Shown here piece by piece: positions 27,760 through 37,104 of a DNA stretch of 64,000 nt. The stretch spans positions 5,440,001 through 5,504,000 of the forward strand of contig OZ245006.1 in the NCBI GenBank assembly GCA_965223545.1. The letters are read 5' to 3'. Position 1 is the stretch's first letter. The number at the start of each line of letters is the position of its first letter. The notes beneath the pieces were generated by a model. That model searched no databases and was not told the DNA's origin. It was given only the letters and a program-made list of their open reading frames with translations. Source of the DNA: Planctomycetota bacterium. Its GTDB lineage: Bacteria > Planctomycetota > UBA1135 > UBA2386. Both the position numbers and the translations under genes were made by a program.

Positions 27760-29856
27760 ATGCTCAGCCCCTCTGCTCTGTCGCGGTTGGCACCGCTTGC
27801 CCTCCCCGCTCTTCTCGCCGGACTCTTCAGGGCGCAAGACCCCCCGCCCCCTCCGGGCGGTTTTCCGGTGCTCGAGCAGCTCGACCAGCTGCTGACCTAT
27901 GCCGATGGCTACCGCACGCGCTACGACCTTCGGCTGCCGGACCCGGCGCAGATCGCGCCGCCGGCGGGTGGTTGGCCGTGCATCGCGCTGGTGCACGGCT
28001 TCAGCGGGGCACGCAGCCTGTTTGCCTTGACCGGCGAGGGCCGCCGCCATGCCGAGCGCGGCTACATCACCGTGGCCTACGACGTGCGCGGGCAGGGCCA
28101 GGCCCGGGGCCTCAACCCCAACCGCGGCACGCTGGTCACGGGCGCGTTCGAGCGCGCCGATTTGGCCGAGTTGTTCCACCAGATCGAGGCGCGGCTCGGA
28201 TCGGTCATGGACTTCGGCCGCTTGGTGGTGATGGGGACCTCGCAGGGGGGTGACCACGCGTGGGCGGCAGCGGCGATGAGCGGCCGGCTGATGCCGCAGC
28301 CGCGCGGGTCGATCACGACCTTTCCGGTGATCGCCGCAGTGTGCCCGCGCGCCGGCTCGCCCGACCTCGCCGAGGTGTGGAATCCCGATGGCGCCGCCTT
28401 TGCCGGCAACTTCACGCGCGGTTGGTTCCAGTCGAACGCGATCTACGAGCCCTCGTTTCAGGCTCAGCTGCAGCAGCAGTTCCTGGCGCAGGACTTCGCC
28501 GGCCTCGCCAACCTGATGCGCAACGACCCGTGGCGTCAGGACGTTGCCCTGTTGCCGCAGAGCCGCGTGCCGGTGTTCGTCAACTACTCGTGGGATGATG
28601 CCTTCGTGCCGGAGAACATCGCCCTCGACGGTCTCGCGCTACTGCCGCCGAGCACGCCGCGGCTCGCGTACCTGAGCACCGGAATCCACGGCACCGCGAC
28701 CAACCAGCTCGAAGCGGCGACCACCGACCGGCTGACCGAGCGCTGGCTCGACCGCATGGTCAAGGGCTTCGCCGACGAGATCGATCGCCAGCCGCCGTAC
28801 CGCGCGGCGGTGATCCCCGCCAACCCGGCGGCCGCGGTTGCCGCCAACAGCGTGTGGCAGCTGCGCGACATGGATGCGTTTCCCGGCACCGGCGTCGCTC
28901 CGACAGTGCTCTACCTGCGCGCGGGCGGAAGACTGTTGGCGACTCCGCCGGCTGCTGCCGAGGCGCCCGACCGCGTCCGGCACCAGGTCGCCGCGGGCTT
29001 CGACCCGCAGGCGTGGGTGCAGACGAGCAATCAAACGGCGGCGGTCTTCGGCGGCGTGCCCTTCGACTCGGTGAGCTATCGTGGCGACCCGCTACCGGCG
29101 CCGGTGGAGCTCTTGGGGCGGGGGCGGATCCGGCTGCACGTCACCTCGAACGCGGCCAACCTCCAGCTCCACGTCGCGCTGTTCGACGAGACCCCTGCTG
29201 GCGAGCGTCGCTACATCACCGGCGGCTACCGCTGCATTCGCGGCCGCGCGCCGGGCACCGCCGCCTACGACTTGGAGACGCGCGGCACCGCTTACGTGAT
29301 TCCGGCGGGTCACCGGTGGGTGGTGGCGGTCGAGAACCACACCTGGCATCGGCCGGTCGGGATCGACGAGCTGCGCACCGTGCCCTACTTCGAGAGCTAC
29401 GTGTTCGACTGCGAGCACACCAACCTGCTGCCGTCGTCGGTTGCGCTGCCGCTCACCGCGCCACGGCTGGGTGCGCGCAGCGCCTCGGTCGCGCTGTCGG
29501 CGGCGGCTGGCGGGACCATCGACGTGCCCCTCGACGGCTCGGTGAGCCGCGCCGCCGACCCCTATGTCGTCCTCGTCGGTCTGTCGGGGACCGTGCCGGG
29601 CTTCGGTTTTGCCGGCCAGTCGGTCCCGCTCAACGTGGACGCCCTCACGCAGCTGGCGTTGACGGCGCCGACCACTCCGCCGTTCGCCGGCTTCGTCGGC
29701 GTGCTGGATGGCGCTGGGAGGGCGACGGCGCGACTGGCGGCTGCGCCGGGCCTTCTCGTGCCCGTCGCTGGCGGCAGACTGTCGTTCTGTGCTGGAGTGT
29801 TCGGCGGCTCGGGATTGGCGCTGTCGGCGGCGAGCCAAGTCGACGTCACGCCGTAA
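27760..29856 (+). CDS. secreted CocE/NonD (peptidase S15-like) serine hydrolase with C-terminal extension
   Basis: Signal ...GLFRA|Q, YDVRGQG, GTSQGG nucleophile, and a PepX-C-like beta domain (ELLGRGRIRL). Confidence 0.82.
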   Translation: MLSPSALSRLAPLALPALLAGLFRAQDPPPPPGGFPVLEQLDQLLTYADGYRTRYDLRLPDPAQIAPPAGGWPCIALVHGFSGARSLFALTGEGRRHAERGYITVAYDVRGQGQARGLNPNRGTLVTGAFERADLAELFHQIEARLGSVMDFGRLVVMGTSQGGDHAWAAAAMSGRLMPQPRGSITTFPVIAAVCPRAGSPDLAEVWNPDGAAFAGNFTRGWFQSNAIYEPSFQAQLQQQFLAQDFAGLANLMRNDPWRQDVALLPQSRVPVFVNYSWDDAFVPENIALDGLALLPPSTPRLAYLSTGIHGTATNQLEAATTDRLTERWLDRMVKGFADEIDRQPPYRAAVIPANPAAAVAANSVWQLRDMDAFPGTGVAPTVLYLRAGGRLLATPPAAAEAPDRVRHQVAAGFDPQAWVQTSNQTAAVFGGVPFDSVSYRGDPLPAPVELLGRGRIRLHVTSNAANLQLHVALFDETPAGERRYITGGYRCIRGRAPGTAAYDLETRGTAYVIPAGHRWVVAVENHTWHRPVGIDELRTVPYFESYVFDCEHTNLLPSSVALPLTAPRLGARSASVALSAAAGGTIDVPLDGSVSRAADPYVVLVGLSGTVPGFGFAGQSVPLNVDALTQLALTAPTTPPFAGFVGVLDGAGRATARLAAAPGLLVPVAGGRLSFCAGVFGGSGLALSAASQVDVTP

Positions 29857-29944
29857 GCGGACCGCGCGCACCACGCGTCTGCGTTCGGTCGGTGCAGCGC
29901 ATTTGGCGTGCCGATCACGTCCGCTCGCGGCGGGAGTCGCTACA

Positions 29945-30772
29945 TTGACGACGGTGGTCGAGCCGGTTGAGTCCGTCGGTAGTGCATCGAGATTGGCCGT
30001 GGGTGCGGATGCGCAGCTGCCTCAACCCCACCACCTGCTGGCTTCCGCCAGCGGCACCCGACACCTCCACTTCGGCCTGTTTGCCACTGGCGCCGAGCCC
30101 TTGCCGGGCGCGATGGAGTCGACGGCACTGGTCGCCGCGCGCAGGATCGGGCCGGGGACCCGCGTCCTCGACTTGGGTTGTGGCTTGGGCGGCACCACCA
30201 TGGCGTTGCTCCGGCGTGGATTGGATGCGTGGGGCATCGATCCATCACCGGCGCTGATCGAGGCGGCCCGTCGACATCCCGCCGCCGCAGGTACGCCGCT
30301 TGGGCAACGCATCGCGACGGGAACCCTGTTCGACGGCGCACTGCGCGGCAGGTTTGGCGCCTTGGTGCAGATCGAAGTGCTGCAGTTCTTTCCCGACCTG
30401 CGGGCGCTCGTGCGTGGCTGGGCCGAGTGTCTCGCGGGCGACAGCGCCTCGGTGGTCATCGTGGACGTGTTCGCCGCGGTCGCAAGGGATTGGCGGCGCG
30501 TGCCGTTCCATCCCGTGGACCGGTTGCGCGCCGCAGCCCGCCCGTTCTTCGAGCTCGTGGAGCAGGTCGATTTGACGAAATCGGCGTTGCCGACCATGCC
30601 ACGCCTCAACTCCGTGCTCAGCGCGAATCGAGCCGCTTTCTGCTCGGCGTTCGCGCCGCGGAACGGTGTCGCGGAGGACATCGCGGAGTTGCAGTCGCAG
30701 TTGACCAATCTGCATTGCGCGCTGCGCAACGGTGACCTGAGCTACCGACTCATCGTGCTGAGGAAGCGATGA
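29945..30772 (+). CDS. class I SAM-dependent methyltransferase
   Basis: HLHFGLF and VLDLGCGLGG motif I. Start is uncertain. Confidence 0.8.
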   Translation: MTTVVEPVESVGSASRLAVGADAQLPQPHHLLASASGTRHLHFGLFATGAEPLPGAMESTALVAARRIGPGTRVLDLGCGLGGTTMALLRRGLDAWGIDPSPALIEAARRHPAAAGTPLGQRIATGTLFDGALRGRFGALVQIEVLQFFPDLRALVRGWAECLAGDSASVVIVDVFAAVARDWRRVPFHPVDRLRAAARPFFELVEQVDLTKSALPTMPRLNSVLSANRAAFCSAFAPRNGVAEDIAELQSQLTNLHCALRNGDLSYRLIVLRKR

Positions 30773-31749
30773 AGCTCGAGGTCCGCGCGTGGAGACCCGG
30801 GGACCACTCCGCGTTCTTGGACCTGCACAACCGCTGCTTCGATGTGCGTCGCAGCGCCGATCACTGGCGCTGGCTACACGCGGCTCCGGGACAGACGGCG
30901 CCGATGCTGACCGGCGCGTTCGCGGCGGACGGGCGCTGCCTCGCGGCGCATGCGGGCGTCGAGCTGCGGATGGCGGTCGGCGGCACGACCGTTCGGTCGG
31001 TGCTTTGCGGCGATGTCGCGGTCGCGCCCGAGCTGCGCGATCGAGGCTTGCGCAGCGGGCGTTTGTTGCTCTCCGTCTGCCGTGAGTTCTTCGCGGCCCA
31101 TGGCGGTGCCGGCACGGCATTGCTGTGGGGCTTCGCGGCACCGCCGCTGCAACGCGTGCTCACGCGCCACTTGGCCATGGAGGTCGTCAACGACGTCGTC
31201 TTCGCGGTGCGCGATTTCGCTCAACAGGCTGCCGAGTCGAGGCCGGCAGCGGTGACGGACGCGCTCCCGCCTGCCGAGCAGATCGACGCGCTGTGGGAGC
31301 GGTGCCGTCCCGCGGACGGGGCGAGTGTCGTGCGGGATGCCGCGTACCTCGATTGGCGCTATCAGCGCCATCCGCAGGTCCGGAATCACTGGTTGGTGTT
31401 GCCGGCGCACGGTGGGGATCGGCTGCGAGGGCTCTGCATATGGCGGCGAGGCGGCTGGCGGGATGACCTCGCCCAGCTGCAGGAGTGGGTGGTGGCCGAG
31501 GACGACCTCGAAGCCGAGAAGCTGCTGCTCGCCGCCCTGGCCGCCGCCGCATCCGCGGCGGGGAGTCGAGGAGTCGCCACCTGGGTGCCCACGACCAGCG
31601 CATTGTTCCATAGGCTGCAGTGCGAGCACGGCTACTTCGCGCAGCCGACGCCATACCAGCTGTTGGCGCGGAGCTGGTCACCCCGCCTGCCGCGCGCTTG
31701 GTTGCACCAGCACTGGTGGCGCACGTTCGGCGACATGGACTTCATGTGA
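30769..31749 (+). CDS. GNAT family N-acetyltransferase (tandem GNAT fold)
   Basis: DVAVAPELR, VRDAAYLDWRY, C-terminal GDMDF. ATGA overlap with the methyltransferase. Confidence 0.75.
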   Translation: MKLEVRAWRPGDHSAFLDLHNRCFDVRRSADHWRWLHAAPGQTAPMLTGAFAADGRCLAAHAGVELRMAVGGTTVRSVLCGDVAVAPELRDRGLRSGRLLLSVCREFFAAHGGAGTALLWGFAAPPLQRVLTRHLAMEVVNDVVFAVRDFAQQAAESRPAAVTDALPPAEQIDALWERCRPADGASVVRDAAYLDWRYQRHPQVRNHWLVLPAHGGDRLRGLCIWRRGGWRDDLAQLQEWVVAEDDLEAEKLLLAALAAAASAAGSRGVATWVPTTSALFHRLQCEHGYFAQPTPYQLLARSWSPRLPRAWLHQHWWRTFGDMDFM

Positions 31750-31762
31750 CACAGCGCTTGGG

Positions 31763-33004
31763 TCAGCCCAACGCCAGTCGGGTCGCCGTCCGCGCGGCGA
31801 GCACGACGGTGACCGCGAGCCCCACCGTGGCGACCGCGACCAGCGGCTTGGATCCGCCGGTACGCAGGGTGAGCCACAAGAGGATCGCGGCGAGCAGCGG
31901 GTTGCCGAGCACGGTGAGGGCCTGGGCGACGGTGATGAGCTCGACCGGTGAGCGGCCGCTGCCTTCCACCCAGAGCGCGACCAGCATGCCGGTGATCAGC
32001 GCCGCGGCGGTGCAGACCTTGACCGGCTTCTGGTCCATGCGGCTGCCGAGGCCGAGGCCGTCGGCGAGCGCGGTGCCGCCGATCATCGCGTTGACGACGA
32101 ACGAGCTGAACGCGCCGGCGAACAAGCCGGCACAGAACAGCGCCGCCGCCGCGCGGCCGAACAAGGGCTCGAGCTGGCGGGCGACGTCGGCGGCACTGTG
32201 CAGCGCCACGCCGCGCACCGAGCCGTGCAGCACGGCCGCGGCGGTACAGAGGACGGTCGCCGACAGCGCGGCGAGCACGGCGATGCCGGTCAGTGAGTCG
32301 CGGAAGCCGACGCCGAGGTCGGCCGCGCTCCAACCCTTCTCCCGCACGAGATAGGCCTGGTAGAACGCGCCGGCGACCGAGAAGGTCGTGCCGATGAGGC
32401 CGACGACGGGCAACAGCGGGTCGACGACGGTGTCGCCCTCGCGGTGCGGCCACAGCGCTCCGCGCGCTTCGTCGGGCAGCGATGGCCACAGCCCGGCCGC
32501 GGCGGCGCCGAGGTCGGGCCGTGCCAGCAGCAGGTTGGCGAGAAAGCCGATGGCCATCGCGACCACCAGCAGCTTCATGGTCCGCTCCAACGGCACGTAC
32601 AGGCGCCGCACGCCGAACACGGCCAGCAAGCAGACGAGATTGACCCCGGCGACCGCGGCCACGGACCACCGGCCGCCGCCGACCAACGGCTGCAGCGCGG
32701 CGATCACGCCGAGGTTGTTGCTGAACTGAAAGCAGGCGACGATCGCGAACAGCACGACGCCGGTGAGCGCCGCCAGCGGCCGCCCGGCGTGGGTCGCCAC
32801 CGCCTCGCACGGCGAGGTCGTGAGCTGCACGCCGAGTCGCGCCGCGATCCAGGTAGTGCCGGCCATCAGGGCCGCGGCGAGCAGCGGAACCCAGAGCAGG
32901 GAGTAGCCGAAGTCGCTGCCGACCCGGGACGCCAGCAGGATGCTGCCCGGACCGAGCACCACCGAGGCGACGATCAGAGCCGGGCCGAAGCGCGCCCGCG
33001 TCAC
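31763..33004 (-). CDS. Nramp-like (divalent cation/solute) transporter
   Basis: GPALIVASVVLGPGS, GTTFS...FYQAYLV and about 11 TM segments. Confidence 0.8.
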   Translation of the reverse strand: MTRARFGPALIVASVVLGPGSILLASRVGSDFGYSLLWVPLLAAALMAGTTWIAARLGVQLTTSPCEAVATHAGRPLAALTGVVLFAIVACFQFSNNLGVIAALQPLVGGGRWSVAAVAGVNLVCLLAVFGVRRLYVPLERTMKLLVVAMAIGFLANLLLARPDLGAAAAGLWPSLPDEARGALWPHREGDTVVDPLLPVVGLIGTTFSVAGAFYQAYLVREKGWSAADLGVGFRDSLTGIAVLAALSATVLCTAAAVLHGSVRGVALHSAADVARQLEPLFGRAAAALFCAGLFAGAFSSFVVNAMIGGTALADGLGLGSRMDQKPVKVCTAAALITGMLVALWVEGSGRSPVELITVAQALTVLGNPLLAAILLWLTLRTGGSKPLVAVATVGLAVTVVLAARTATRLALG

Positions 33005-34377
33005 GGCTCGATGCTCTGCATGGTGGACCAGTCGGGCAGCGGGCAGGCGCCATATCCCGTCGCGTTGAGGTCGCGCACGTCGATTGCGCCGGCGTCGATG
33101 CGCAGCGAGATCGTGCCGTCGGGCAGCGGGCCGTACAGCCGCGGCGCCGCGTCGGTGATCGCGCGCTGCTCGTCGCGATCGAGGAACCCGATCCCGCGCA
33201 CGTAGTGGTGCGCGTTGCGCTCGGTGTGCTCGATGCCGAGGGCGGCGGCGACCGCACAGTCCTGCTGCAGCGCGACGGCAGGTGGATTGGTCAGGTCTTC
33301 GCTGCTGAGGATCGCCCTCTGTCCGGCGGCGTGTGCGTTCTGCACCGCCGAGAAGCTGTGCAGCGTGCGGTAGAACCCCTTGCAGTTCTTGGCCGAGATT
33401 CCGTCGTAGCCGCTCTGCAGGGCGCGGACCACCGCGTCGTCGTCGTCGTCCGCCTCGTCGAGGATCACCGGCGTGCCGCCGAACGCTGCGCGCAGGCGGC
33501 CGCCGTCGATGGCGTCGGCGTGGCGGTCGAGGGGCTGCTCGACCCAGGCGACGCGCTCCCACAACGCGGCGGTCAGCGGGTCCTTCTGCACGGCGGTCCA
33601 CAGCGCCGCGCAGTGCTCGACGTCGGGCAGCTGCTCGTTGCCATCGACGGTGAGCCGGCAGTCCGGCGCGGCGCGTTCGAGCACGGTGGCGATGTCCCGC
33701 AACCGCGCGCACGCCGCATCGGGGTCGCCACCGATCTTCAGCTTGAACCAGCGGTGGCCGTAGGTGGCGCAGACGTCGGCCAGCGCGTGCGGCAGGCCGT
33801 CGTCGAGCGTGCCGCCATTCAGCGGGTCGCCGAGGCCGACCGTGTGGCGCACGTGCAGCCGGGGCAACGGCGCGGGCGGCAAGCCGGGCAGTGGCCCGCA
33901 GCCGAGCACGTCGTCGCGCAGCGCTTGGTGCAGGGTGCAGTCGAGCAGGCGGCAGAGCGCGTCGGTCACCGCGCTGTCGAGCAAGGCGACGCCGAAGCCG
34001 GCGGTCAGCCGCGGCAGCGCGGCGCCGGTGGGGGTGGCGAGGACCGCGGCCTCGATGGCGCGGTGCAGGCCGGCGCCGGAGTCGGGCTCTGCGTCGAGCG
34101 CGGCGGTGCGCGCCAGCCGGACCGAAGTGAGCAGGTCGTCGCGGCGTTCGTCGAGGCCGCGGTCGCGCTTGTCGAACCACATCGGCGACAGCACCGAAGC
34201 GCTGACGCCGAGCGCCGCCCGGCCGCCGGTCGCCTCGATGCGAACCCGCACGTACAGCAGCTCGAAGTCCGCCATCACGGCGTTGCCGAAGCGGAACGGG
34301 AAGCGTGTCGGCACGCGGCGCAAGAACGCGTCCACTGTGCGGACGCGCACTCCGGTCGCCGGCGAGGGCAAGGGCAT
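33001..34377 (-). CDS. enolase superfamily (mandelate racemase-like) protein
   Basis: PFRFG, KxK motif (FKLKIGG), DGNE, EQP, DE, KNCKG, SSEDL. Confidence 0.85.
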   Translation of the reverse strand: MPLPSPATGVRVRTVDAFLRRVPTRFPFRFGNAVMADFELLYVRVRIEATGGRAALGVSASVLSPMWFDKRDRGLDERRDDLLTSVRLARTAALDAEPDSGAGLHRAIEAAVLATPTGAALPRLTAGFGVALLDSAVTDALCRLLDCTLHQALRDDVLGCGPLPGLPPAPLPRLHVRHTVGLGDPLNGGTLDDGLPHALADVCATYGHRWFKLKIGGDPDAACARLRDIATVLERAAPDCRLTVDGNEQLPDVEHCAALWTAVQKDPLTAALWERVAWVEQPLDRHADAIDGGRLRAAFGGTPVILDEADDDDDAVVRALQSGYDGISAKNCKGFYRTLHSFSAVQNAHAAGQRAILSSEDLTNPPAVALQQDCAVAAALGIEHTERNAHHYVRGIGFLDRDEQRAITDAAPRLYGPLPDGTISLRIDAGAIDVRDLNATGYGACPLPDWSTMQSIEP

Positions 34378-34405
34378 CACGCGGCGATGATAGGGCCCGA
34401 GCCGC

Positions 34406-35719
34406 TCAGCCCGAGGCGACGTTCTGCTGCGCGGTGTCGAACTGTGGGAACACGGTCGGGTCACGCAGTGCTGCCTGCAGCACGATCGTCGCCGCGCCGC
34501 GGGCGATGCACTCGATGCCGAGTCCGCTGATCACCAGCCGGGAGCGCCGCACCGAGTCCGAGGGAGTGCGTTCGCCGAGGTTCTCGCGCAGCGGGCGCAG
34601 CAGCATTTCGCCGGCGCGGGTCAGGCTGCCGCCGAACACCACGGTGGCCGGGTTGAGCAAATTGAGCAGTGCGGCGACGCCGGTGGCCAGATGGCGGCCG
34701 GCCTGCTCGACGATGCCGCGGGCGAGCGGGTCGCCATCGAAGGCGGTTTCCACGATGCGGCTGACGGTGAGACCGCGCAGCGGCAGCGCGCTGTCGCCGT
34801 CTTGCTTGGCTCGGCTGCGCGCGCTCTCGATCAGGTGGCCGGTGCCGACGACGAGGTTGAGGCAGCCGTGCAGCCCGCACACGCACTTGCCGGCGGAGGG
34901 GTCGACGGGAATGTGACCGATCTCTCCGGCGATGCCGGCGGTGCCGCGGTAGATGTCACCCTGGATGATCAGGCCCGCGCCGACGCCGGTGGCGACCTTG
35001 ACGAAGGCGAGGTCCTCACCGTCTTGGCCGGCACCCCACCACTGCTCCGCGAGGGCGCCCAGGTTGGCGTCGTTCTCCATCACGACCGGAACGCCGTACC
35101 AATCCTCCAGCGAACGCACCGGGCTGTGGCCGCGCCAGCGCGGCACCAGGACGGGCGACAGGTGGTCGGGGTCGTCGGGCTCGATCGGGCTCGGCACCGC
35201 GACGCCGATGCCGACCAGTCGCTGTCGCTCGACGTGCGCCTCGGCCAGCGCTGTGTCGATCAGCGCGCGCATGGTGGTCAGCGCGCCCGCCGGATCGCCA
35301 CGCACGTCGTGCGGCGTCGTGCGCCACGCTTTGACGTTCGCCCGCAGGTCGGTCACCGCGACCGCGACGTAGGTGGCTCCCATGTCGACGCCGACGATGG
35401 CAAACGCATCGTCGTCGAAGCCGAGCAGAATCGGCCGCCGGCCGCCGCACGAGTCGCCGGACCCGGTCTCGCGCACCAGGCCGGTGGTGAGCAGATCGGT
35501 GACGATGGCCGAGATCGACGACCGGCTCAGGCCGGTGCGCCGCGCCAGATCGGCCCGCGAGATCAGGCGTTCGCGCCAGATGAGCCGGAGGAGAAGGCCG
35601 CGGTGCTGTGCGCGCACCTGGGATGCGCCCAAGACTTGGCCGACGACGTCCTCGTCGCCGGCGCCACGCCCGTTCTGCGCGCTCCGCTTCAGCGCGTCCC
35701 GTAACCGCCGATCTACCAC
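34406..35719 (-). CDS. ROK family transcriptional regulator
   Basis: HTH SRADLARRTGLSRSSIS, GGRRP, ENDANLGALAE, GEIGH and CVCGLHGCL. Start is approximate. Confidence 0.92.
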   Translation of the reverse strand: MVDRRLRDALKRSAQNGRGAGDEDVVGQVLGASQVRAQHRGLLLRLIWRERLISRADLARRTGLSRSSISAIVTDLLTTGLVRETGSGDSCGGRRPILLGFDDDAFAIVGVDMGATYVAVAVTDLRANVKAWRTTPHDVRGDPAGALTTMRALIDTALAEAHVERQRLVGIGVAVPSPIEPDDPDHLSPVLVPRWRGHSPVRSLEDWYGVPVVMENDANLGALAEQWWGAGQDGEDLAFVKVATGVGAGLIIQGDIYRGTAGIAGEIGHIPVDPSAGKCVCGLHGCLNLVVGTGHLIESARSRAKQDGDSALPLRGLTVSRIVETAFDGDPLARGIVEQAGRHLATGVAALLNLLNPATVVFGGSLTRAGEMLLRPLRENLGERTPSDSVRRSRLVISGLGIECIARGAATIVLQAALRDPTVFPQFDTAQQNVASG

Positions 35720-35908
35720 TGACTTACTCTGTTGTGTGAACAAACGAGAAGGGGCCACAGCGCAGTCCGGCTGGCGCCCAGACCGCCCCGGTTGTCGTTG
35801 AGTGTGACCCAACATACTGCAAGAACGGTAGATATGCAATAGATGCAGGGGCGGTGCGCTGCCGTGTCGTGGTCCCGAGCCGCAGAAGAAAAAACTGAAA
35901 CTGAGGGC

Positions 35909-35952
35909 TTGACGAGCATCAAAGAACTCTGTTCGTTCTGTGGCCGAACGAA
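35909..35952 (+). promoter_or_regulatory. TTGACG -35 element followed by a ROK-type operator palindrome TTCGTTC-N7-GAACGAA
   Basis: TTGACG at 35909-35914. Perfect 7-bp arms at 35932-35938 and 35946-35952, upstream of the glucan operon. Confidence 0.7.
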
Positions 35953-36046
35953 GTCGGCGCCGCGAGGGCGGGGCCGCCAAACTCTCTGAGCCTCTCGTTT
36001 CGCATGCCGCCGTGCAGGCGGCGCCCAACCCCCTTTTGGAACGCAG

Positions 36047-37069
36047 ATGATGTCCATGCCCCGCACCGCCCTGCTCGCCGCCGCGCTCCTCGCGGTGCCG
36101 TGTCAGGCGCAGACGAACTTCTTGACCAACCCCGGCTTCGAGAGCGGCTTCTCGGGCTGGGGGATGTTCGGCAACGTCGCTTCGCAGACCGCCAACCCGC
36201 CGCAGTTCACGCCGCGCACCGGCAATGGCCTGGCCTCGCTGGCCGGCCAGGGCGGTGCCTTCAACGTCAGCGGCATCTTCCAGAGCTTCCCGGCGAGCCC
36301 CGGCGATCAGTTCACCCTGGATGCCTACTCGCGGCATTGGGCCGGCGATCCGCTGATCGGCGCCGGTCCGCCCAACGACAACTGGGCGATCATGAAGATG
36401 GCGTTCTTCGACGTCTCCAACAACGAGATCGGCGGCGTCGAGGCGACGATCCTGGACGGCAACTCGCCGGTGGACGTCTGGATCGACAACCCCGCGATCA
36501 TGGGTACCGCGCCCGCCGGGACCGTCACCGTGCAGGCGTTCGTCATGTTCTTGCAGCCCGCGGCCGAGCTCGGGACCGCGCTCGTCGACGACCTGTTCTT
36601 CACCGGCCCTGCGCGCAACGCGCCGTATCCCGGCACCAACGAGGACCTGCTGCTGACCACCGGCGTCGGCCCCGGGCCGACCACGGGCGGTACCGGCAAC
36701 TACATCAAGACCGCCAACGCAGGTGACCTGCTCACCTGCAACGTGCTGTCGCCGGGCAACACCTACGACATGGCGCCGTACTTCCTGCTCGGCCAGGGAT
36801 TCGCGACCGGCAACCCGCCGCAGCCCAGCATCTTCTTCCCGGCCCTGCACTTCGACATTCGCCTGCCGGTCCTCGTGCTGGTCAACGGCGGTCTCGGTGG
36901 TCCACTCGGACCGCCGCGCATCGGCCCGCTGCAGGGCACCTCGACCTACTACACCGCGCCGGCCGGCTTCGGAGGCTCCAGCATCATGCTGCAGGCCGTG
37001 GTCATCGACCCCAACGCCGCCAACGGGATCTTCGCCGCCAGTGACGGCTACGAGATCCAGTTCAACTAG
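36047..37069 (+). CDS. secreted CBM-like (NPGFE jelly-roll) protein, paralog 1
   Basis: Signal ...VPCQA|Q and NFLTNPGFESG. C-terminal domain ends LQAVVIDP...SDGYEIQF. Confidence 0.7.
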   Translation: MMSMPRTALLAAALLAVPCQAQTNFLTNPGFESGFSGWGMFGNVASQTANPPQFTPRTGNGLASLAGQGGAFNVSGIFQSFPASPGDQFTLDAYSRHWAGDPLIGAGPPNDNWAIMKMAFFDVSNNEIGGVEATILDGNSPVDVWIDNPAIMGTAPAGTVTVQAFVMFLQPAAELGTALVDDLFFTGPARNAPYPGTNEDLLLTTGVGPGPTTGGTGNYIKTANAGDLLTCNVLSPGNTYDMAPYFLLGQGFATGNPPQPSIFFPALHFDIRLPVLVLVNGGLGGPLGPPRIGPLQGTSTYYTAPAGFGGSSIMLQAVVIDPNAANGIFAASDGYEIQFN

Positions 37070-37104
37070 CCGTTGCCCATCGAACAACACACAGAGAATT
37101 CATC

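Noticed and set aside
35720..37090. 894-aa version of the ROK ORF
   Set aside because: The extension is antisense to 36047..37069 and crosses the promoter region. The ROK HTH begins near 35600.
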